This document shows positions 19,300 through 29,486 of a stretch of 64,000 nt of DNA, piece by piece; positions within the stretch are counted from its first letter, which is position 1, and the number at the start of each line of letters is the position of its first letter. This DNA comes from Alphaproteobacteria bacterium (GTDB taxonomy: Bacteria > Pseudomonadota > Alphaproteobacteria > UBA9219): the NCBI GenBank assembly GCA_026225415.1, contig JAMFSS010000009.1, positions 192,062 through 256,061 on the forward strand, read 5' to 3'. The position numbers were made by a program, and so were the translations under genes. The notes below the pieces were generated by a model. That model saw nothing but the letters and a program-made list of their open reading frames with translations. It made no database searches and had not been told where the DNA came from.

Positions 19300-19659
19300 A
19301 TGCTAACATCAAAACCCAAACTCCAAATACTGCGCAAACGCGCCGAGTTCCTTGCCGTGGCGGCAAGCGGGAAAAAATGGGTCGCGCCCGGATTCATCCT
19401 TCAAATCGGCGCCCAACACCCCCCTACCCCGACCATTCATTATGGCCTGACCGCCAGCCGCAAAGTCGGCAACGCCGTCATCCGCAACCGCGCCCGCCGC
19501 CGTATGCGCGCATTGGCGCAGGAAATCCTGATCAACGCATCAACAGAACATGATTATGTGTTTGTGGCACGCCCGACGACAAAAGATTTTGATTTTAACG
19601 CGATGCGTCAGGATTTGATCAAAGGCATGAAGCGGATGAAGGTTTGGGCGGCGGATTAA
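19300..19659 (+). CDS. rnpA: Ribonuclease P protein component
   Basis: [28 protein letters not shown]; follows rpmH. Confidence 0.95.
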   Translation: MLTSKPKLQILRKRAEFLAVAASGKKWVAPGFILQIGAQHPPTPTIHYGLTASRKVGNAVIRNRARRRMRALAQEILINASTEHDYVFVARPTTKDFDFNAMRQDLIKGMKRMKVWAAD

Positions 19660-20411
19660 GCCGCGTCAAACTTATCCATATCCGCGATGGAAATATCGTA
19701 ATTCCCGAACACGGTTTGCACATCGTCATTATCATCCAACACATCAAGCAGTTTTAATAACTGCTGGGCATTGTCGCCTTCAACCGCCGTTTGCATATTC
19801 GGATACCAAACAAGTTTCGCGCCTTCGGGTTCGCCGAATTTTTCTTCGAGCGCATTGCGCACCGCGCCAAAATCCTCCACCGAGCATGTCACGATATGCG
19901 CCGTGTCGGTGCTGTCGACATTTTCGCCGCCGGCCTCAATAACCGCTTCCAACATCGCATCGGCGCTGGCGACCTTGACCGGAAATACAATTTCGCCCAC
20001 GCGCGAAAACATAAACGCGACCGAACCGCTTTCACCCATTACGCCGCCATTTTTGGAAAAGATGGTGCGCAATTCCGCTGCGGTGCGGTTGCGATTGTCG
20101 CTGAGCGCTTCGACAATCAACGCAATACCGGCGGGGCCATAGCCTTCGTAACGCACCTCGTCATAATTCACGCCGTCGGCTGCGCCGGGTTGCGCCGATT
20201 TAATCGCGCGGTCGATACGGTCGCGCGGCAAATTGTTTTTGCGCGCTTCGATGATCGCGGCGCGCAGACGCGGATTATGCGCGGGGTCGGGCATGCCCTG
20301 TTTCGCGGCAACAGCGATTTCGCGTGCCAGCTTGCCGAAGATCTTTGACCGCTTGGCCTCGGATTTCGCTTTTTGATGCATCACATTCTTGGCGTGGGAA
20401 TGGCCGGCCAT
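19656..20411 (-). CDS. yebC: YebC/PmpR-family protein
   Basis: MAGHS, NPRLR, YEGYGP, DNRNRT, DDVQ. Confidence 0.95.
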   Translation of the reverse strand: MAGHSHAKNVMHQKAKSEAKRSKIFGKLAREIAVAAKQGMPDPAHNPRLRAAIIEARKNNLPRDRIDRAIKSAQPGAADGVNYDEVRYEGYGPAGIALIVEALSDNRNRTAAELRTIFSKNGGVMGESGSVAFMFSRVGEIVFPVKVASADAMLEAVIEAGGENVDSTDTAHIVTCSVEDFGAVRNALEEKFGEPEGAKLVWYPNMQTAVEGDNAQQLLKLLDVLDDNDDVQTVFGNYDISIADMDKFDAA

Positions 20412-20450
20412 AGGGGTTTCTTTCAATTTAGGGTCACAAGAGGCCGCAGT

Positions 20451-21218
20451 TTATCGCGGCTGCAATAGTTCCGCAACGGGGCGTGGCGTTGAACAGGTTG
20501 GAAACCGCACGGGCAGTACTATGGCTTCTTTTCGCGCATATATATGGTCATCCATAGCGACCATTTCGCCCCCGAAAGAACGGCTTATGCAACTGGGCGA
20601 CAAGGCATCGACCATTCGGAACCCCGCCTGCGATAATAAAGAGAGCATGGCGATAAAGGCGGCGTTCCCCGCCCCCATGTAATCGCTATAAACACTCAGC
20701 CCGATAAATAAACCGCCCGATTGTATCCCCACAAGGCCAGCCAGAAGTTCGCCGCCGGCATAAACTTCCACCGAATGGGCAAGGCCATCTGCATGTAATT
20801 GCTTCAGGAATTTTTTTGTTTCGCGCCCTATCCAGGGGTCAAGATCGGGATCATTCCAATCGCGCTGCAAGGCGCAATTATAAAGGACGGAAGAAAAACA
20901 TTGGTTGGCGGTAAAGGTAAATTCATTTCTTAAAATCATCCGCCGTTGATTGCGTGAAAAATCTTTGTGTACAGGAATGATTTCCACATAATCGGGCAAA
21001 CAGCCCATAAGCCCATCCCGCCCTTCTACCGTAAAGCAACCAATCTGGTACAGGCTGAGCAAGGCTTCGGCGGTGGGATGAAACAAATCCCATTTCCGCA
21101 TCGTGTCCTTGTGAAGTTGTTCATCGCATTCTAAAGTGGAAAAACGATAATCTATGGCTTCGAGTCTGTCCTGATTGTGCATTTTGTTTTTTAAAAATAG
21201 TAAAAGCGACAACGCCAA
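20451..21218 (-). CDS. Leucyl/phenylalanyl-tRNA-protein transferase-like protein (divergent)
   Basis: LLSLYQ.G.F, F.SV..C, WI, LH..G.AHSVEV, L.AGL.G...GG.F.G.S; start uncertain. Confidence 0.7.
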   Translation of the reverse strand: MALSLLLFLKNKMHNQDRLEAIDYRFSTLECDEQLHKDTMRKWDLFHPTAEALLSLYQIGCFTVEGRDGLMGCLPDYVEIIPVHKDFSRNQRRMILRNEFTFTANQCFSSVLYNCALQRDWNDPDLDPWIGRETKKFLKQLHADGLAHSVEVYAGGELLAGLVGIQSGGLFIGLSVYSDYMGAGNAAFIAMLSLLSQAGFRMVDALSPSCISRSFGGEMVAMDDHIYARKEAIVLPVRFPTCSTPRPVAELLQPR

Positions 21219-21283
21219 AATAACAGCGCAAATCAGGGCAATCTGTCAACCGGATTAAAAGCCGAAATCAGCCTTAATTATGG

Positions 21284-22390
21284 TTAAACATTAAATTTGA
21301 AATGGAACACATCGCCGTCATGGACAAGGTAATCCTTGCCTTCCTGACGCAGTTTACCGGAATCGCGCGCGCCGGACTCACCGTTACAGGCAACAAAATC
21401 ATCATAGGCGATTGTTTCCGCGCGGATGAAACCGCGTTCAAAATCGCTGTGGATGGCGCCTGCGGCTTGCGGGGCGTGTGCGCCGCGTTTCACTGTCCAG
21501 GCGCGGGCCTCTTTCGGCCCCACCGTGAAAAACGTCAATAAATCCAGACGGCGATAACCGGCGCGGATGATCTTGTTCAAGCCCGGTTCTTCCAAACCCA
21601 ATGATGACAAAAACTCTTTCTTTTCGTCGGCGCTTTCCAATACCGCGACTTCCGATTCAATCGCGGCGGTGATAATCACACATTCGGTGCCTTCGGCCTT
21701 GGCTTTGGCCGCGACTTTTTCCGACAATGCATTGCCGGTGGCCGCATGTTCTTCGGCAACATTGGCGACATACAAAACCGGTTTGGCTGTGACCAGCGCC
21801 AGCTGTTTTAAAATTTCTTTTTTCTCTGGCGACAATCCCGCCAATAATGTCCGCGCCGGTTTACCGTCGCGTAATGCCGTCAAGGCGGGTTCGATGATTT
21901 CCAATTGTTCGACAGCTTCCTTGTCGCCGCCCTTGGCTTTTTTCTGCACACCGGTCAGACGTTTTTCCAAACTATCCAAATCGGCCAACATCAATTCGGT
22001 TTCCACCGTTTCGGCGTCGCGGATCGGGTCAACCGATCCTTCGACATGGGTCACATCGCCACCTTCAAAACAACGCAACACATGGATGATGGCATCGGTT
22101 TCGCGGATATGCGCAAGGAATTGATTACCCAATCCTTCGCCGCGTGCGGCACCGCGCACCAAACCGGCGATATCGACAAATTCCAATTGGGTCGGAATGA
22201 TTTTGGCCGAGGTCGCAATCTCCGCCAATTTATCCAAACGCGGATCGGGCACCGCCACGCGGCCCACATTGGGTTCGATGGTACAGAACGGATAATTGGC
22301 CGCCTGCGCCGCAGCCGTCGCGGTGAGCGCGTTGAACAAGGTCGATTTACCGACATTCGGCAGACCCACAATACCGCAATTGAAACCCAT
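21284..22390 (-). CDS. ychF: Redox-regulated ATPase YchF
   Basis: GIVGLPNVGKST, NYPFCTIEPN, DIAGLV, IHSDFERGFIRAE. Confidence 0.98.
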   Translation of the reverse strand: MGFNCGIVGLPNVGKSTLFNALTATAAAQAANYPFCTIEPNVGRVAVPDPRLDKLAEIATSAKIIPTQLEFVDIAGLVRGAARGEGLGNQFLAHIRETDAIIHVLRCFEGGDVTHVEGSVDPIRDAETVETELMLADLDSLEKRLTGVQKKAKGGDKEAVEQLEIIEPALTALRDGKPARTLLAGLSPEKKEILKQLALVTAKPVLYVANVAEEHAATGNALSEKVAAKAKAEGTECVIITAAIESEVAVLESADEKKEFLSSLGLEEPGLNKIIRAGYRRLDLLTFFTVGPKEARAWTVKRGAHAPQAAGAIHSDFERGFIRAETIAYDDFVACNGESGARDSGKLRQEGKDYLVHDGDVFHFKFNV

Positions 22391-22504
22391 GTTATTTCCC
22401 TTATTTTACTGACCCCTGCGGTATAATCGACCGCGCGCCCCAGACCAAGGAAAATGTTCAGCTTTCCTGTTCCGCGAATCCTTCTGATCGGCTAGATATT
22501 CACT

Positions 22505-23602
22505 ATGATTAACCTTACCACCGCCTATGCCCAACGGATCGAAGCTGGAAATCTGCGCCCCGATGCGGCGCAAATGGCCGCTTTGGCGGTGTTACAGGAT
22601 CTTGCCACGCGGGTCGATGGGTACAAACCGCGCAAACAAAATCTGGCCAGCCTATTGTTCTGGGGCAAAACCCCGCCCCCGCAGGGTCTTTATATTTACG
22701 GCGATGTCGGGCGCGGCAAGAGCATGCTAATGGATTTGTTTTACGATGCGGCGCGGATCGATAAAAAACGCCGCGTGCATTTTCATCAATTCATGCTGGA
22801 AATCCATGCGCGGCTGCATGCGCATGAGGCCGACCAAACACCCGATATTTTGCCGCGCGTGGCGCGCGAGATTGCCGCCGAAACCCATCTGCTGTGTTTC
22901 GATGAATTTCATGTCGGCAATATTGCCGATGCGATGATATTGGGGCGTTTATTCGAAGCCTTGATGGATGCGGGCGTGGTGATTGTCGCCACATCCAATT
23001 GGCGCCCCGAAAGCCTGTATAAAAATGGATTGCAGCGCGAACGGTTTTTGCCCTTCATCGATTTGATCAATCACCGCATGGATATTTATCATCTGGATGG
23101 CGCGGTCGATCACCGGTTTGAACAAACGCAAAAACTGTCGCGCTACATCCACCCGCTGGGCGAAGCGGCAACACATGAGCTGCAACGTATTTTTTACCAT
23201 CTGACGGATGATGCCGACCCCAAACCGATTACATTGCCCGTTCAGGGACGTACGTTACGCCTTACCCAAACAGCCAAGGGTGTGGGGTTTTTCAATTTCG
23301 GTGAACTTTGCACCACCGCGTTAGGCAGCGCGGATTATCTGGAAATCGCCAAATGCCTGCATACCGTCATCATCGATGAAGTTCCGCGCATGAAGGCCGA
23401 ACGCCGCGACGAAACCATGCGTTTCATCAATCTGGTCGATGCGCTCTATGAAGCCAAGGTCAAGCTGTATCTGGCGGCAGAAGCCGCGCCCGAAAAACTC
23501 GCCCCCGAAGGCGAACTCAACTTCCCCTTCCAACGCACCCTCAGCCGCCTGATGGAAATGCAGAGCGAAGAATACCGCAAAAAGCCGCATTTTGCCGGTT
23601 GA
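22505..23602 (+). CDS. zapE: AFG1/ZapE-family ATPase
   Basis: GDVGRGKS Walker A, CFDEF Walker B, RTLSRLMEMQS. Confidence 0.95.
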   Translation: MINLTTAYAQRIEAGNLRPDAAQMAALAVLQDLATRVDGYKPRKQNLASLLFWGKTPPPQGLYIYGDVGRGKSMLMDLFYDAARIDKKRRVHFHQFMLEIHARLHAHEADQTPDILPRVAREIAAETHLLCFDEFHVGNIADAMILGRLFEALMDAGVVIVATSNWRPESLYKNGLQRERFLPFIDLINHRMDIYHLDGAVDHRFEQTQKLSRYIHPLGEAATHELQRIFYHLTDDADPKPITLPVQGRTLRLTQTAKGVGFFNFGELCTTALGSADYLEIAKCLHTVIIDEVPRMKAERRDETMRFINLVDALYEAKVKLYLAAEAAPEKLAPEGELNFPFQRTLSRLMEMQSEEYRKKPHFAG

Positions 23603-23623
23603 GCATTAACCATACCGCTTTAT

Positions 23624-23652
23624 TTGACTCCCGCCCTTAATATCCCTATAAA
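23624..23652 (+). promoter_or_regulatory. sigma70 promoter of rpsD
   Basis: TTGACT-N17-TATAAA. Confidence 0.75.
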
Positions 23653-23763
23653 CCCGTCATTCCTGAGAAAGCGGTTGGGGGCATGCCCCCTAAACCCGTC
23701 ACCCCATAAGGGGATGAACTATCGGGACAATTTGAAAAAGCCGAATAATCGGCAGGAGCCACT

Positions 23764-24378
23764 ATGACAAAACGTTTAGAAGCTAAACATAAAATCGACC
23801 GCCGTTTAAAGGTCAATCTCTGGGGCCGCCCCAAGAGCCCGCTGAACAAGCGCGACTACCGCCCCGGCCAACACGGCCAAGGCCGCCACAAAGTTTCCGA
23901 TTACGGTATCCAGCTGAACGCCAAGCAGAAACTGCGCGGCTATTATGGCAATATCGGCGAACGCCAATTCCGTCGTTATTATCAGGAAGCGATGCGCCGT
24001 AAGGGTAACAATGGCGAAATCCTGATCCAGCTTCTGGAACGCCGTTTGGATGCCGTTGTATACCGCATGAAATTCGCCGCGACCGTTTTCGCATCGCGTC
24101 AGCTGGTTAATCACGGCCACATCCTGGTCAACGGCAAGAAGGTCAACATCTCGTCTTACCAAGTCAAAGACGGCGATGCGATCGAAGTGCGCGGCAAAGC
24201 CAAGCAAATGATCCCCGTTTTGGCGGCGGCAGAATTGGCCGAACGCGACGTGCCCGATTATATGACGGTCGACCATAAGGAAATGAAGGGTCAGTTTGTT
24301 CGCACCCCCGCCATGACCGATGTTCCTTACCCTGTGCAGATGGAACCCAATCTGGTTATCGAATATTACTCCCGTTAA
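23764..24378 (+). CDS. rpsD: 30S ribosomal protein S4
   Basis: [24 protein letters not shown]-like [15 protein letters not shown]. Confidence 0.98.
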   Translation: MTKRLEAKHKIDRRLKVNLWGRPKSPLNKRDYRPGQHGQGRHKVSDYGIQLNAKQKLRGYYGNIGERQFRRYYQEAMRRKGNNGEILIQLLERRLDAVVYRMKFAATVFASRQLVNHGHILVNGKKVNISSYQVKDGDAIEVRGKAKQMIPVLAAAELAERDVPDYMTVDHKEMKGQFVRTPAMTDVPYPVQMEPNLVIEYYSR

Positions 24379-24396
24379 TCGACGCGGGGTTGAGAC

Positions 24397-24428
24397 AAAA
24401 ACGGGGAGAGAAATCTCCCCGTTTTTTT
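24397..24428 (+). terminator. rpsD intrinsic terminator
   Basis: aaaaacggggaga gaaa tctccccgttttttt. Confidence 0.85.
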
Positions 24429-24575
24429 GTGCCTTACTAGGTAAAATTTATTGCCAGCATTACCACATGGAAAAACGCCTAAAAGGTTGCTAGAATCACA
24501 AGAAGCAGGCAATGATGGCTGATAGAATTGTGCATCACCCAATGTTGCCTTCCCTTCTGCATAGCAAAACCAACA

Positions 24576-25421
24576 ATGACCGATCAAAACCCCTATAAGG
24601 ATTTCACCAATAGGTTGAAGCTGTTCATCAGCAAGCATCCGGCATTAATAACGACTACACTCAGCAACATTTTTACGATGCGCCTTATCGGCAATAAGAC
24701 CCATGGCGACTTAGCTGAAATAGCGATAGCAGAATTTATCAACCAATATATGTATGATTTCAAGTCACTGCATGTGGGCAAAGACTTATACCGCACTAAA
24801 TCCAGAGAAGAAGATATTACTATTACAAACGAAATTACTAAAGTTCAATTTCCCGTCAGCCTCAAAGCATATGGTGATGGCCCCCTTCAATTATCAACAG
24901 ATAAAAACACCTTGATGTACCCACGACTTATGAAAGAGGTTAATCATACTATTGAAGGCCGCACAAGAATTGATGCAGTTTTTGCTGATCCTGCATTTTC
25001 CGTATTTTCACAAATAAATGTATTGCCACTTATCTATGATGAGAAAAAACAAAGATGTAACATTTTGGTTTTTGATTATGAGGCAGCTCGCACTCAAACG
25101 GCAAAAATAGAGCGCGCCCATGAAGGCAGTGGGAGGAAGCACCCCGTTTTTCGATTTTATGATGCCAATAATGATTATATTTGCGAAGTAAGATATGGTG
25201 ATGCCGCAGCAAATGCTTTACAGCGCGGGCTATGGACACACACCAAAAATGCATTAAAGCACTTTGATAGCATTACGAGTGGTTGGGTTGATTACTCTCA
25301 CAACAAGATATTAGTACAACTTTTTTCTCATGCGCTAGTGTCAACAAGTGCTGGACATGATAGAGCACTCATTGAAATCAAAAAAGATATTCAGCAATTA
25401 AAAGAAAGAAATCAGCTATGA
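24576..25421 (+). CDS. Putative type II restriction endonuclease
   Basis: GDLAE...EEDI...SLK resembles a PD-(D/E)xK variant; ATGA-coupled to a DNA MTase; AT-rich. Confidence 0.55.
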   Translation: MTDQNPYKDFTNRLKLFISKHPALITTTLSNIFTMRLIGNKTHGDLAEIAIAEFINQYMYDFKSLHVGKDLYRTKSREEDITITNEITKVQFPVSLKAYGDGPLQLSTDKNTLMYPRLMKEVNHTIEGRTRIDAVFADPAFSVFSQINVLPLIYDEKKQRCNILVFDYEAARTQTAKIERAHEGSGRKHPVFRFYDANNDYICEVRYGDAAANALQRGLWTHTKNALKHFDSITSGWVDYSHNKILVQLFSHALVSTSAGHDRALIEIKKDIQQLKERNQL

Positions 25422-26554
25422 ACCAAATGGCTCTACAAAGAGAGCTTTTCGCAGCGAACTACCCCACTGCCCCTTCCACAGAGGGGATTAAGTATGCTGG
25501 TTCAAAGTTAAAATTATTACCTCAGATTTTATGGCTCGCAGGAAAAACCGATGCGAAGATAATTTTTGATGGCTTTGCTGGATCGACCAGGGTCTCACAA
25601 GCACTCGCCAAATATGGGTACCAAGTGATTTGCAATGACCGCGCCATTTGGTCAGAGATATTAGGGCGGTGCTATTTAAAGGCGGGGTCGAAAACTAAGT
25701 ACGAAACGCTTATTAACGATTTAAACACATGCAAACCTAGGGATGGTTGGTTTACAGAGCATTACGGCGGCGACCCATCCGTAATTGATATAGAAAATAC
25801 CATAAAAATGCCGTGGCAGATTCATAACACACGAAAACTTGATGGAATAAGAGAAGAAATAGACCGTCTTAGTCTTGATGCTAATGAAAAAGCAGTTGCC
25901 TTGACTAGTCTTATGATGGCCCTTGATCAAGTAGATAGCACATTGGGGCACTTTTCGTCGTATCTGCGAGAATGGTCGCCCCGTTCATTTAAGCATATGA
26001 AGTTGCAAATCCCCGACATTATTGATTGTGAGGATATGCATCAAGTTACTAATGGGGATGTCTTTGATATAGCAAAAGGCGTTAATGCTGACTTAGCCTA
26101 TTATGACCCACCATATGGCTCTAATAATGAGAAAATGCCGCCATCCCGTGTTCGTTACTCCGCCTATTATCATGTGTGGACTACAGTTTGCCTTAACGAC
26201 AAACCTGAAGTTTTTGGCAAGGTCAATCGACGCGTCGATACGCGCGATGATGTAGCAGCTTCTGTATTTGAAGAGTTTCGTCGTAATGACAGCGGAAGCT
26301 TTATAGCGGTCGAAGCAATTCATAAGCTTATTAAAGACACCCCAACTCAATATATCATCTTATCCTACAGCTCAGGCGGAAGAGCAACGGCACGTGAATT
26401 AAATGAAGCCATGAAAGATGCCGGAACCCTTATTGAAGTTATCGAAATGGATTATAAAAGAAATGTAATGGCAGGAATGACATGGACGAATGAATGGCTT
26501 CGTGATGCACAAGAACAAAATAGGGAGTTCTTGTTTTTATTAGAAAAACATTAA
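25418..26554 (+). CDS. N6-adenine DNA methyltransferase, alpha (Dam/D12) class
   Basis: KYAGSK, FDGFAGS (motif I) preceding YYDPPY (motif IV), ILSYS. Confidence 0.9.
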   Translation: MNQMALQRELFAANYPTAPSTEGIKYAGSKLKLLPQILWLAGKTDAKIIFDGFAGSTRVSQALAKYGYQVICNDRAIWSEILGRCYLKAGSKTKYETLINDLNTCKPRDGWFTEHYGGDPSVIDIENTIKMPWQIHNTRKLDGIREEIDRLSLDANEKAVALTSLMMALDQVDSTLGHFSSYLREWSPRSFKHMKLQIPDIIDCEDMHQVTNGDVFDIAKGVNADLAYYDPPYGSNNEKMPPSRVRYSAYYHVWTTVCLNDKPEVFGKVNRRVDTRDDVAASVFEEFRRNDSGSFIAVEAIHKLIKDTPTQYIILSYSSGGRATARELNEAMKDAGTLIEVIEMDYKRNVMAGMTWTNEWLRDAQEQNREFLFLLEKH

Positions 26555-26571
26555 ACAAACTAAACCAACAA

Positions 26572-26606
26572 AAAAAAGCCTGACTGCAAAACAGTCAGGC
26601 TTTTTT
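26572..26606. terminator. Bidirectional terminator
   Basis: aaaaaagcctgactg/cagtcaggctttttt between convergent genes. Confidence 0.85.
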
Positions 26607-26626
26607 ATTCTCAAATATAAAACCGC

Positions 26627-27415
26627 TTAGTGCAATTTCTTCCAAATGCTGCGCTTCAGGAAATACATCACAACGGCCAAAATAACGAGGAACAAAATTA
26701 CCCGCACACCCATTTGTTTGCGTGCTTCCATCTTTGGTTCCGCCGCCCATGTCAGGAATTGCGCAACGTCACGCGCTTCCTGTTCCACGGTCGCATTGGT
26801 GCCATCGGCATAGGTGACTGCGCCGTCAACCAGCGGTGCAGGCATAGCAATTTGATGACCGGGGAAATACGGGTTGTAATTCATCCCTGCGGCAATCTTT
26901 TCATCGGCGGCTGGCGTTTGGCCAAAACCGGTGAGCAACGAGTACACATAGCTTTCGCCGCCATGACGTGCCTTGACGATCAAGGACAAATCAGGTGGCA
27001 AAGCGCCATTGTTGGACGCGCGTGCGGCCTTGTCATTTGCGAAAGGCGAAACAAACGCATCCGAAGGACGGCCGGGACGTTGGAACATATCGCCCGCATC
27101 GTTCGGGCCGTCTGTCACTTGATAATCCGCCGCAATCGCCTTCACTTCGTTTTCGTTGAAACCCAGATCGGTCAGGTTGCGGTACGACAGCAACTTCATG
27201 CTGTGGCAGGTCGAACAAACTTGTTTGTAAACCTGAAAACCGCGTTGCAACGCCGCGCGGTCATAGGTGCCGAATACGCCCGCTTGCGGCCAACCACCGG
27301 CGGGTGCATGCGGATGCAACGAAGTTTCTTCCCGGGGCGCAAATTTTATGTACCCCAGAGAGCCGACGAGACCAGCAACGACAAGAATTTGAAAAGCGAT
27401 AACAACTTTACGCAT
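26627..27415 (-). CDS. petC: Cytochrome c1
   Basis: LQRGFQVYKQVCSTCH heme motif, PPDLS, IAMPAPL, C-terminal TM. Confidence 0.97.
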   Translation of the reverse strand: MRKVVIAFQILVVAGLVGSLGYIKFAPREETSLHPHAPAGGWPQAGVFGTYDRAALQRGFQVYKQVCSTCHSMKLLSYRNLTDLGFNENEVKAIAADYQVTDGPNDAGDMFQRPGRPSDAFVSPFANDKAARASNNGALPPDLSLIVKARHGGESYVYSLLTGFGQTPAADEKIAAGMNYNPYFPGHQIAMPAPLVDGAVTYADGTNATVEQEARDVAQFLTWAAEPKMEARKQMGVRVILFLVILAVVMYFLKRSIWKKLH

Positions 27416-27424
27416 GGCCAGCCC

Positions 27425-28648
27425 CTAAACTTTCTTCAAAACGGCTTCCGAAATACTGTTCGGAAGCTGCAAGGTCTTCTCATACTTCGTCAGCAAAGGC
27501 AGAATGACGAGAAAATGGAAGAAGTAATAAAAGGTCGCGAATTGCCCGATCGAGATATACGGCTCTTCAGCAGGTTGCGAACCGATAATGCCCAACAACA
27601 CCGTATCCAACGCGAATATCCAGAAGAACGCGCGGAAGGTAGGCCGGAACAAAGCCGAACGCACTTTCGACCGATCCAGCCAGGGCAGAACCAGTAACAT
27701 GACAATCGCGCCAAACATCGCACACACGCCGCCCAGCTTGGACGGAATTGAACGCAAGATGGCGTAGAAAGGCAGGAAGTACCATTCCGGCACGATATGC
27801 GCAGGCGTCGACATAGGGTTCGCCGGAATATAATTATCCGGATGCCCCATATAATTCGGGTTGTAACAAACCACCGCCGCATAGAAAATCAGGAAGATGG
27901 AAAGACCGAACAAATCCTTGACCGTATAATAAGGATGGAACGGCACGGTGTCCTTGTCCGATTTCGGTTCGATGCCCAGCGGGTTGTTGGAACCGGTGAT
28001 GTGCAATGCCGCGATATGCAGAACCACAACGCCGATCAAAACGAACGGCAAGAGATAATGCAAAGCAAAGAAACGGTTCAGTGTCGGGTTATCAACCGAG
28101 AACCCGCCCCACAACCATGTCACGACAGCCTTACCCACAACAGGGATGGCGGAAAACAGATTGGTGATAACGGTAGCGCCCCAGAAAGACATCTGACCCC
28201 ATGGCAACACATAGCCCATAAACGCGGTCGCCATCATCAACAACAAAATCACCACGCCGAAAATCCACAATAATTCGCGTGGATTTTTGTACGACCCTTA
28301 AAACATGCCGCGGAAGATATGCACATAAACGACGATAAAGAACATCGACGCGCCATTGGCATGCACATAACGCAACAACCAGCCGCCATTCACATCGCGC
28401 ATAATGCGTTCGACCGAATTAAACGCGTGATCGGTCGAAGGCGTATAATTCATCGCCAAAAAAATGCCCGACGCGATCATGACGATCAGCATCACCAAAG
28501 ACAAAGCGCCGAAATTCCACAAATAGTTGAAATTGCGCGGTGTTGGGAATTGTCCATATTCCTTGTTCATGAACGAGAACAAAGGCAAACGTGAATCGAC
28601 CCATTCAATAACAGGATTTTTAAAAGGTGTACGGGTGCCGTGTGACAT
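27425..28648 (-). pseudogene. petB: Cytochrome b, interrupted by one in-frame TAA at 28300-28298
   Basis: Single frame reads ...[18 protein letters not shown]...; heme-ligand His residues and PEWY intact. Confidence 0.9.
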
Positions 28649-28699
28649 GGTTTTTCTTTAGGGGCTAGAGAAGAAGGGAAAGGGAGGATGAGAGAAGGG

Positions 28700-28768
28700 G
28701 AGAAAGAACGGGATCAGAGCATAACCGGCAAGCCAATTCCCTCTTAAGCTCTGATCCCGTTCTTTCTC
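28700..28768. repeat. 21-bp perfect inverted repeat between petA and petB
   Basis: gagaaagaacgggatcagagc / gctctgatcccgttctttctc. Confidence 0.85.
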
Positions 28769-28784
28769 TCATCTTTGCTCTTCC

Positions 28785-29393
28785 TTACCCTATTTTAATA
28801 TGCGTGGCATCGGTAAAACTATAAGGAGGCACTTCCAGATTTTTGGGCGCAGGGCCTTTGCGGATGCGCGCGGCGCTGTCATACTGTGAACCGTGACAAG
28901 GGCAGAACCAGCCGTCGAATTCACCGTGCGGATCGGTTGGTTTTTGGCCCAGCGGCACGCAACCCAAATGAGTGCAAACACCAATCACCACCAACCATTC
29001 GGCATCAAATTTACCACCGATAACCGATTGCTTGAAACGTTCTGCGTCGCTTTCGGGATCGCGCAAGGTGGAAACATCAACCGCATTGGCTTCGTCAATT
29101 TCCGCCTGTGTGCGGCGGCGGATGAAAACCGGCTTGCCGCGCCACACGACGGTCATGGAATCCCCGACCTTTAATTTCGACACATCGACTTCGGTGGTCG
29201 ACATCGCCAGCGTATCGGCCGCCGGATTCATGGAATTGATCAAGGGCCAGGCGGCAGTGGCGGCGCCTACGGCGCCCATCGCGCCAGCGGTATAGGCCAA
29301 AAATTCGCGGCGGCTTTGCGCGTCTTTTTCATCCTGGTCGGAGGAGCAGAGGCAATGGCCGGAACAGCCTTGTTCGTCGGAAGACGACGTCAT
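28785..29393 (-). CDS. petA: Rieske iron-sulfur subunit of the bc1 complex
   Basis: Tat SRREFL, CTHLGC, CPCHGS, GPAP. Confidence 0.97.
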   Translation of the reverse strand: MTSSSDEQGCSGHCLCSSDQDEKDAQSRREFLAYTAGAMGAVGAATAAWPLINSMNPAADTLAMSTTEVDVSKLKVGDSMTVVWRGKPVFIRRRTQAEIDEANAVDVSTLRDPESDAERFKQSVIGGKFDAEWLVVIGVCTHLGCVPLGQKPTDPHGEFDGWFCPCHGSQYDSAARIRKGPAPKNLEVPPYSFTDATHIKIG

Positions 29394-29486
29394 AATCTAA
29401 ACTCCGTAATGAACGAATGACCGATTCACGGACGCAAACCGGAATGCGCGCAACTTAAACCAACCCACAATAAAGTCAAAGCCTCT

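Noticed and set aside
26630..27697. 355-aa plus-strand ORF and similar long antisense ORFs (e.g. 34741-35634, 41155-42069, 45640-46461)
   Set aside because: Shadows of well-supported opposite-strand genes, expected at this GC content
28298..28300. Genome-wide TAA-to-Tyr recoding
   Set aside because: TAA ends rpmH, rpsD, ychF and many other genes at their expected positions
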